From a virus, in the IMG/VR virus record IMGVR_UViG_3300045988_055482, positions 1 to 58,139 of that record: a stretch of DNA of 58,139 nucleotides; one strand, given 5' to 3'. Shown here piece after piece: positions 20,470 to 26,874 of the stretch; within the stretch, counting starts at the first letter, position 1, and each line of letters begins with the position of its first letter. The notes beneath the pieces were generated by a model. The model was given only the letters and a program-made list of their open reading frames with translations, ran no database searches and was not told the origin of the DNA. Made by a program: the position numbers and the translations under genes.

Positions 20470-20542
20470 AGAGCGTAGAGGGATTCGAACCCCCGATAGC
20501 AAGGTTGCAGCTTGCGACCTTAGACCACTTGGCTATACGCTC
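20470..20542 (-). tRNA. tRNA-Cys (anticodon GCA)
   Basis: Hand-folded 73 nt: GAGCGTA TA GCCA AGTGGTCTA AGGT C GCAAG CTGCAAC CTTGC TATC GGGGG TTCGAAT CCCTC TACGCTC T. The U73 discriminator fits Cys identity. Confidence 0.85.
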
Positions 20543-21204
20543 AATATGAATGACTTAATCTCTTTACTCTTAATAGGTAAACCTCTTTTAGCTAACCACT
20601 TCCTATAGGCATTATCACTAATACCATACTTAGAAGCTAACTTTACAAGAGATTCTTTAGATAATAGGTCTTTGATAAGGTCTTCCCTAGTAGGTATATT
20701 CTTTGACTTTTCAGGTTTAAAACATTTAAGACATAGATTACCACTAGTTAAAACACCACAGATAGTACATTTATTCCTCTTGTTAGTCCACAAAGTAGAC
20801 TCTTTTGGAACATACTCTTCACCTTTGACGTACTTACTAGGAAGCATATCATTGTCAGTGATTCTGTAGTTAGACCTAGACCATTTTGTCAGTTCACCAG
20901 CTGTATTTATGTTATTCTGATTATCTTTAGGTGTAACCCTTCTGAGATTCAGATAATGATTATTCCGTTTATTACCATCAATATGGTCAATTTGTAGCCC
21001 ATCAGACTTATCAAAGTGACCTATATTTACCCAATAGCTTAGAAAATGAGCTGACCTATGAATAGTCTTACCGTTAACTCTAAGTCTATACATGGCATAA
21101 CCCCTTGTATTGATATAAGGCTTAAGTTTCTTAAGTCTATTACCAAATACACTGAATAACTCACCATACTCGTTTACAACATAATTTTCATTATAGTGAT
21201 ACAC
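20533..21204 (-). CDS. HNH homing endonuclease (free-standing)
   Basis: HIDGNKRNNHYLNLRRVTPKDNQNN motif, zinc ribbon CTICGV...CLKC, C-terminal HTH LASKYGISDNAYRKWLAKRG. GTG start. The last 10 nt, including the TAG stop, are the first 10 nt of tRNA-Cys. Confidence 0.85.
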   Translation of the reverse strand: MYHYNENYVVNEYGELFSVFGNRLKKLKPYINTRGYAMYRLRVNGKTIHRSAHFLSYWVNIGHFDKSDGLQIDHIDGNKRNNHYLNLRRVTPKDNQNNINTAGELTKWSRSNYRITDNDMLPSKYVKGEEYVPKESTLWTNKRNKCTICGVLTSGNLCLKCFKPEKSKNIPTREDLIKDLLSKESLVKLASKYGISDNAYRKWLAKRGLPIKSKEIKSFILSV

Positions 21205-21250
21205 TGCAACTGACCTCTATACTCTATTATTTGATTAAGTCCTTTATTTT

Positions 21251-21287
21251 TGTGTTTGGATAGCCTTACCAGCTTGGCTATGAGGAC
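21251..21287 (-). other. 5' half of a split tRNA-like gene (acceptor 5' strand, D arm, anticodon-stem 5' strand)
   Basis: Minus strand: GTCCTCA TA GCCA AGCTGGTA AGGC T ATCCA aacaca. It starts directly after the terminator U-tract. Confidence 0.65.
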
Positions 21288-21318
21288 AAAAACCTATGGA
21301 GCTAACCAACCCCATAGG
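21288..21318 (-). terminator. Rho-independent terminator
   Basis: Minus strand: cctatgggg-ttggttag-ctccatagg followed by TTTTT. Confidence 0.7.
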
Positions 21319-21369
21319 AAAAATTTCAAAGGAGGCGATTCTTATAGCGGAACTATAATGCACACAATG

Positions 21370-21398
21370 ATTATATCACAGAAATTATACTTTGTCAA
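21370..21398 (-). promoter_or_regulatory. Consensus sigma-A promoter (TTGACA-17-TGaTATAAT) at the head of the late arm
   Basis: Minus strand: tttgacaaagtataatttctgtgatataat. The -35 sits in the last codons of the resolvase gene. Confidence 0.65.
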
Positions 21399-21834
21399 AT
21401 GAACCAAGTCCAATTAGTATAGCTTCTGCTTCATCATCATTCTTCACAGAATATCCTTTGACAACACAGAGGTCTATAGCTTTCTTCTTTGCCTCTGCTC
21501 TTTTACCATTCAGGTGAAATTGTTTTCTCCAACTCGATGGAGTAACAAATACAATCTCAGAGTCTTTTACCTCTCTGATAACCATACCCTGAACAATACC
21601 TAGCATCACAAGAGTTTTCTGGTTTGAGATAACTTTCAATTCCTCAATTATGACTTTATCAAACTTCCCATACTTTTCACACAGGAGTCTAATAAACTCT
21701 GCCATATACTGACCTCTCACCAAAAAGTCTTTGTCATTTGACTTAATTGTGCCAAAATCCACAACAGAACCTGATTTTATCACACAGTATCCAGAACTCT
21801 TTGTAGACAAATCTAGTGCCAAAACTTTAACCAT
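21385..21834 (-). CDS. RuvC-like Holliday junction resolvase (Gram-positive phage type)
   Basis: N-terminal VLALDLSTKSSGY catalytic Asp motif and C-terminal NDDEAEAILIG. Confidence 0.8.
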   Translation of the reverse strand: MVKVLALDLSTKSSGYCVIKSGSVVDFGTIKSNDKDFLVRGQYMAEFIRLLCEKYGKFDKVIIEELKVISNQKTLVMLGIVQGMVIREVKDSEIVFVTPSSWRKQFHLNGKRAEAKKKAIDLCVVKGYSVKNDDEAEAILIGLGSFDKV

Positions 21835-21840
21835 GAATTA

Positions 21841-21869
21841 ATTATACCACACAGAGAAAATAATGTCAA
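21841..21869 (-). promoter_or_regulatory. Consensus promoter (TTGACA-17-TGgTATAAT) ending 6 nt before the resolvase ATG
   Basis: Minus strand: attgacattattttctctgtgtggtataattaattcATG. There is no SD between the -10 and the ATG. Confidence 0.6.
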
Positions 21870-21878
21870 TACTAAAAA

Positions 21879-22023
21879 GGTTATTGTCCCCATAAAATGT
21901 TTGCAACTTGTTTTGCGAACATTTTTTTGATGGACTTTAACTTAGTGAGATAGTCTCCTGTGAATATAAATATAATTAGTATAGAGTATATATATTATAA
22001 AGTATTCTGGTTATATCCACCAA
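21879..22023. repeat. Left copy of an inverted regulatory cassette (partner 29697-29850)
   Basis: Block 1, 21879-21931, matches the reverse complement of 29798-29850 at 52/53. Block 2, about 21988-22023, matches the reverse complement of about 29697-29733 with 1 mismatch. The centre has diverged. Confidence 0.85.
21894..21925. promoter_or_regulatory. 13-6-13 palindromic operator-like site
   Basis: aaaatgtttgcaa-cttgtt-ttgcgaacatttt, arms matching 12/13. The same site occurs at 29804-29835. Confidence 0.5.
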
Positions 22024-22145
22024 TTTGTTACATACTCTAATATCCTTATATCATTCTGTGTGATATATTTCCTTGATATACTGTGATATACTTAGCTATA
22101 TATAATATATATACTAGTATAAAGTATATAGTATATTAGGACTAG

Positions 22146-22162
22146 GGTTATTTCCACCAAAA
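22146..22162 (+). repeat. Third copy of the GGTTATTTCCACCAAAA box
   Basis: Identical to the reverse complement of 29696-29712. A variant, GGTTATATCCACCAA, sits at 22009-22023. It resembles a DnaA box at 7/9. Confidence 0.6.
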
Positions 22163-22196
22163 GGTTACATAATAGAAAATTTTTTACCCATACTCC

Positions 22197-22225
22197 TTGA
22201 CTTAATCAGCTCTGTGTGATATAAT
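22197..22225 (+). promoter_or_regulatory. Early promoter (TTGACT-17-TGaTATAAT)
   Basis: ccttgacttaatcagctctgtgtgatataat, 19 nt upstream of the ATG at 22244. Confidence 0.65.
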
Positions 22226-22243
22226 CTTCTGTGAGGTAGATTT

Positions 22244-23191
22244 ATGGACACAATTATTTTATGGCACTTTAACCAAGAGAAGAAAAAAAGAGGTACTATA
22301 TTTGCCACAAAAGATGAGTACCTATTAGCGCTAAAATTTGAACCAAGAGAACAAGTAGACCAAGACCTAAAGAGGCAAATAAAAGCCTTTATCAAATCAA
22401 GATATAAAGTATCTGTGCACCAACTTACCTACAGAGAAAAGCCACTTTATGCTGTGTGTAAGAAATTTGGAGGTGTAGAGGCTCTCTGTGAACAGCTAAA
22501 TATTAGTCAAGATATTCTGTGTGACCTTAGCTTTAACTTTATCAATCCACACATTAAGTCACAGCTCCTGATAGACTATTTGCTTCCTGTGCTAACTGAC
22601 CAAGAGTTTGCTAATTGGTTCTATTCCACAGTGTATAATTTATACAATGACACAAGAGAACCTTTAGTTTTCTTACCAGAGACTCTTCCACAGAGTTTCT
22701 ATGAGTGGTTAGCCAAAGATAGTAGGTACACAAAGCTAAATCCATTTATCACAGGTAAGTCAATTCCTAGTGGTATGATGATAGGTGATTATATCTATGA
22801 ACACAGAGATGAGTATAAACAAGTATATAATTCCTATTCCTATATGCTGAAAGACTATATACAGAGCCTAAGTGGTAAAGAGCCTATATACATTACCAAT
22901 ATCAAGCAGAGAACCACAGTAAGGCTTAAGAAGTATGGAGTTCTTATATCTCACAAGCTAGAGTCTATGGGGATTTACTATAAGTCCTATATTGGTATGT
23001 TCAATACCACATCACCTAAAATGACTAAGTATATAAAAACAATAGCTCAAGAGGTTGGATATGACCCTTATGATATGCTATATACAATAGTCCTTAACTC
23101 TGTAGAGTATTATGCCAAGAAGCCTAGTCATAAGCGTAATGTTACCACAGAATATCTAAGAGAACAGAAAATACACCTAAAGAGACTATAG
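22244..23191 (+). CDS. Early protein of unknown function
   Basis: 315-aa ORF directly downstream of the early promoter. RBS GAGGTAG. Confidence 0.65.
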   Translation: MDTIILWHFNQEKKKRGTIFATKDEYLLALKFEPREQVDQDLKRQIKAFIKSRYKVSVHQLTYREKPLYAVCKKFGGVEALCEQLNISQDILCDLSFNFINPHIKSQLLIDYLLPVLTDQEFANWFYSTVYNLYNDTREPLVFLPETLPQSFYEWLAKDSRYTKLNPFITGKSIPSGMMIGDYIYEHRDEYKQVYNSYSYMLKDYIQSLSGKEPIYITNIKQRTTVRLKKYGVLISHKLESMGIYYKSYIGMFNTTSPKMTKYIKTIAQEVGYDPYDMLYTIVLNSVEYYAKKPSHKRNVTTEYLREQKIHLKRL

Positions 23192-23214
23192 GATTATTCC
23201 TATGGTCTTTTATT
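23186..23214 (+). terminator. Weak terminator-like hairpin
   Basis: ctatagga-ttat-tcctatgg followed by tctttt. Confidence 0.4.
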
Positions 23215-23380
23215 ATTAGTAACATGTTTTTAAGTAAAATACTTGAGTGGTGAATGGGTGTATGGTAGTGTAGAGTTACTAACACGTTTTTTAATCAATT
23301 AGTTTGTTGGTGAATAGGCAAATTTTAGACATACCCATATATACTTGTTTTTTAATCGACCTTGTTCATTACCTATTTTT
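23215..23380 (+). repeat. Three degenerate direct repeats with 60-bp period
   Basis: GTAACATGTTTTTAAG...GGTGAATGGGTG (23218), CTAACACGTTTTTTAAT...GGTGAATAGGCA (23278), ACTTGTTTTTTAATCG (about 23342). A related GTAACACGTTTTTGA occurs at 41689. Confidence 0.6.
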
Positions 23381-23719
23381 AAATGCAATCTGTACCAATA
23401 ATACCTATAATATAATTGTATAATACCTAGCAATTTTAGACACATTGTCCAATTATTCTAAACACCTATAAATAGACAATATTGAACAATGTGTACAAAA
23501 TTGTACAGGGTATCCAAAAAAGTTTACATAAGTAAACCAACCTTCCTAAAACAATAAATTTCCCTATAATAACCTTACCTATATACATATATAAACTGTA
23601 CCCATACAATTTCTAAAAAATCATACTAAAATATAAAGACATATATTTTACTTAAATATTCCAGACTATAAAATCATAAAAATATTTCTTAAATTATATC
23701 ATTTTATATCATTTAACTC

Positions 23720-23747
23720 TTGACATCTACCTTAAAAATGGTATAAT
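23720..23747 (+). promoter_or_regulatory. Early promoter (TTGACA-16-TGgTATAAT)
   Basis: cttgacatctaccttaaaaatggtataat. Confidence 0.6.
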
Positions 23748-23797
23748 AGACTTATAGAAAATATATCACAAATATATCAAATAATGATAAAAAACTC

Positions 23798-23826
23798 TTT
23801 ACAAAATGATATAATTGTGCTATAAT
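23798..23826 (+). promoter_or_regulatory. Early promoter (TTTACA-17-TGcTATAAT)
   Basis: ctttacaaaatgatataattgtgctataat, in tandem with the promoter 78 bp upstream. Confidence 0.55.
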
Positions 23827-24037
23827 TAAACTATAGAAAACGTGAGACAATCATATCAGACTATGCTTTCAGTTAAAAGCCTCATCTATAGCATGAAAAA
23901 CTTTTCTGAACTAGCTTGAAACATTGTAAAATTCAGACATTCTATAATACAAGTATATCAAGATTGAAAATATATAGCGCTTGTGTTCATTCATTAATAA
24001 ATAAAATCAAAGGAAAAGGTTAAATAGGTATATAACC

Positions 24038-25066
24038 ATGACAAAGATAGAAAAAGTTGATTTTAAAGGACAATTTTCATATAAAGTCCTAGTTGAGAAA
24101 TATTTTGATATTGAATTTATCATAGGGGAAAACGCACCTAAACTATCTAAACAGCTTTCAAAAGCTGGTAAAGATTACACAAATGAAGAGCTACAAGCTT
24201 TTCAAGAGCTTCTAAATGCTGTTTTTAATGGTGAAAAAGAGGAAAGCTATAGATTTAAATTCACTAACATTTTACCAAACTATGAAGAAATTGACGATTG
24301 GGCTTTTGATGGCTCTTGTAATTCTCAAGGAGGATGTGGACAAGCTACAAGTTTTGTATTAAATACACTAGAAGAAGCTAGATACTGTTATATTTATGAT
24401 ACATGGGATGACCCTTCAGCAAGATTTTACTATGTTCAAGACCGCAATGGAGTTCTTGGTGTTGCTGACATCTATTGTGATAATGGACATGGATATTATC
24501 TTGCTTCTCAGATTCTTCTTTGTGTTGCTTATGGTAAGAAATTAGCTGACTTTGTGAAGTATGAAGATAAAATTGTATATATGACAAATGATTCTGGTTA
24601 CTGGTCAAACCTGTCAGCAGATAGCTATAGTCATTATGTAACTGGTGAAATTGAACCTATTGAACCTTATGAATGGGTTATTAATGATTTTAACGAATCA
24701 ATTGGATTGGTATATAGTGAAAATTTAGGAGAATACATAGATACAGATAATGAAAACTATGTGTATTGTATTAACATTGAAGATTATGAGTACTACGATA
24801 AAATTACAGTTTGTGACTATTGTTGTGAATGTGTAAGTTTTAGAGGTGATTTTCTTAAAACAAATGATGGAACTATCTTCTGTTCTGATGATTGTGCTTC
24901 TATTGACTATATTTACTCAGATTATGATGAAGAATGGATTTATCGTGAAGAGGCTTCTGAGTGTGCTGACTGCTATAATATCTTTATTTCAGAGAATGGT
25001 GCATGGGGTTCTGATGATGAATTTTATTGTCATGACTGTATACATGACCACTTAGAAAATGACTAG
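24038..25066 (+). CDS. Early protein, paralog A of an unknown family, with C-terminal Cys-rich zinc-ribbon-like repeats
   Basis: Shares NAPKLSKQLSKAG..YT.EE.Q.F and DWAFDGSCN blocks with ORF 26875..28428. C-terminus reads CDYCCECV...FCSDDC...CADCYN...YCHDCIHD. Confidence 0.7.
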   Translation: MTKIEKVDFKGQFSYKVLVEKYFDIEFIIGENAPKLSKQLSKAGKDYTNEELQAFQELLNAVFNGEKEESYRFKFTNILPNYEEIDDWAFDGSCNSQGGCGQATSFVLNTLEEARYCYIYDTWDDPSARFYYVQDRNGVLGVADIYCDNGHGYYLASQILLCVAYGKKLADFVKYEDKIVYMTNDSGYWSNLSADSYSHYVTGEIEPIEPYEWVINDFNESIGLVYSENLGEYIDTDNENYVYCINIEDYEYYDKITVCDYCCECVSFRGDFLKTNDGTIFCSDDCASIDYIYSDYDEEWIYREEASECADCYNIFISENGAWGSDDEFYCHDCIHDHLEND

Positions 25067-25166
25067 ATGTTTAGAAATAGACATTTGGGAATCTTTTACT
25101 ATCTCTTAACCTAAACAAAAAGAGTATAGCATATTTTTAGGAGGTACAGAAATTAAGGTACTGAAA

Positions 25167-25430
25167 TTGTTGGGATATAGCCTTGTAATTTTATATATCG
25201 GCTTGTGGATTGGTATGATATATATAGAGAATACACAACCAAAATTAGAAGACTATACAGAGCAAATAGGGACTGACTTATATAGAATTAAGCACAATAC
25301 TGTATTAAGTAAATATATTAAATATGGTAAATACTGTTTAGCTGTATATGATAGAATCGAAGGTGAGGTCATTGTCTATGAAGTTGATTTTGACGAGTGG
25401 AATCAATATAGCTTAGGAGACTATTATTAA
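25167..25430 (+). CDS. Small membrane protein
   Basis: 87 aa with an N-terminal hydrophobic helix LGYSLVILYIGLWIGMIYI. Start uncertain: the AGGAGG RBS lies 22 nt upstream of the track TTG start. Confidence 0.5.
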   Translation: MLGYSLVILYIGLWIGMIYIENTQPKLEDYTEQIGTDLYRIKHNTVLSKYIKYGKYCLAVYDRIEGEVIVYEVDFDEWNQYSLGDYY

Positions 25431-25564
25431 GCCTCTAGTAAGGTTTTAAGCTATAGGGGTATAATCATACTAGGAACTATTTAAAACGCACTAGAGAGCC
25501 TCCTATGTCTTTCTAGGGGCTTTAGGGGTATTTTCGCTTTATTATAGACTAAGGAGGAATTAAA

Positions 25565-25759
25565 ATGGAATTAATTGCAGAAAATGGTACAAGATTGCTA
25601 ATTAATGATAATACTATTGAGATTTTTGGGGATATTTATATCAAGGCAGAGGCTCAAGCTGTATTTTATGATAAGGATTCTAACTTTGATTATGCAATCA
25701 CAAAAATGTTTAAAATTTACTCTTATTATAAGCATGGAAAATTGAGGGATTCCTTTTAG
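25565..25759 (+). CDS. Hypothetical early protein
   Basis: 64 aa with a strong RBS, TAAGGAGG, 7 nt upstream. Confidence 0.6.
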   Translation: MELIAENGTRLLINDNTIEIFGDIYIKAEAQAVFYDKDSNFDYAITKMFKIYSYYKHGKLRDSF

Positions 25760-25766
25760 AGGAATT

Positions 25767-26015
25767 GTGGGACAGATTATGAGTATTGTAGTATATAATA
25801 AGAAAAAGTCATTGAAAAATCTTTGGAAAGACACTAAAAAGTCTCAAATCACAAATGAAATTCTTGATAATTTCATGATTGAAATATTTGTCATGTATAG
25901 TTATGACAATCTATCAGAGCCTCCCTTTAAATTAGGTAAGGATTTACAAAAAGCTTTAGATTTAGGGTATAACACAAAGTTTTATTATATTGATAAAATT
26001 CTAGGAGGTGTATAA
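25767..26015 (+). CDS. Hypothetical early protein
   Basis: 82-aa ORF. Stop overlaps the next start (TAATG). Confidence 0.55.
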   Translation: MGQIMSIVVYNKKKSLKNLWKDTKKSQITNEILDNFMIEIFVMYSYDNLSEPPFKLGKDLQKALDLGYNTKFYYIDKILGGV

Positions 26016-26350
26016 TGGTATTTAATATAGGTGATATTATAAGATGTAGTACTAATAAGTATGAAATCACTTCATATAAGCGACCTTGTGAAGTTGTGAA
26101 TATACTAAACAAAGAGTTTATTGATGTTAGGTGTTTGGATGGTGATGGAAGTTTATTTGAAGTGTATACGGAATTGTTTGAGTTAGTACCTAAACATGAG
26201 ATTCTACATAAAGATATGTATGTAGAAGATGAACATGGAAGAAAGTATAAGTTTATAAAATATGAAGTAAAAGGTATAAGAGTAGAAAATATTTTGGAAT
26301 ACACTTTAAGATACGATAACATAGTATATAAAAAGCAATTTGTAGTATAA
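26015..26350 (+). CDS. Hypothetical early protein
   Basis: 111-aa ORF with RBS AGGAGG. Confidence 0.6.
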   Translation: MVFNIGDIIRCSTNKYEITSYKRPCEVVNILNKEFIDVRCLDGDGSLFEVYTELFELVPKHEILHKDMYVEDEHGRKYKFIKYEVKGIRVENILEYTLRYDNIVYKKQFVV

Positions 26351-26516
26351 AGAGGCATAGTTGGGTAAATTTAAAGAAGGAGATTGGGTTCGGAGTATAG
26401 TACATCTTTGTAAGATATGTAATAGAGAAAAGAAACAAGATAAATAGTTGTTTAGAAAGTATCCTTTTTGAAGACATAATGTACAAATCAGGTTTCATAG
26501 TGTAGGAGGTAAGTTA

Positions 26517-26861
26517 TTGTTAGCAAATTTAACAGGACATAACATAGACATTGTGGATAAGCAAGGGAATATTATTAAAACTCTATTTCCTTGTGATAAA
26601 GAAGAGCCTTTAAGGGCAGAAGTTAGCTTGAGAAGGAAGCGAAAAATTGAAGGAATCAAGCTGACAAAGTTATCCTATACCTCAAACATAACAGAACGTA
26701 AAATGCAGGAATTATTAAGGAATTATGATGGAATCATAGTCTCTAAGATAACAGCAGAGTGTTTGAGGGATTTAGGATATATTGAAAACGTGTATATCAC
26801 TGGTAGAAAATTCTATAAACATGGTAAGTTTATAGGTGTTAAGGAATTATGTGTTTTGTAG
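26517..26861 (+). CDS. Hypothetical early protein
   Basis: 114 aa, TTG start 8 nt after AGGAGG. Confidence 0.55.
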   Translation: MLANLTGHNIDIVDKQGNIIKTLFPCDKEEPLRAEVSLRRKRKIEGIKLTKLSYTSNITERKMQELLRNYDGIIVSKITAECLRDLGYIENVYITGRKFYKHGKFIGVKELCVL

Positions 26862-26874
26862 GAAGAAAACCAAA

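Noticed and set aside
21329-21360. Plus-strand AAAGGAGG at 21329-21336 as the RBS of a small plus-strand gene
   Set aside because: No start codon lies within 5-12 nt. The nearest ATG is about 22 nt away and opens only a very short frame. I interpret the element as the complement of an anti-SD motif in the minus-strand leader.
22165-22395. Minus-strand 76-aa ORF across the early promoter region
   Set aside because: It spans a promoter and the 5' end of a plus-strand gene. It has no RBS and lies in an AT-rich regulatory region.
23215-23380. A CRISPR-like array
   Set aside because: Only three degenerate copies are present. The repeats are not palindromic or uniform, and the window contains no cas genes.
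25067-25112. 15-codon ORF (MFRNRHLGIFYYLLT) right after the stop of 24038..25066
   Set aside because: It is too short, has no RBS, and nothing else supports it.
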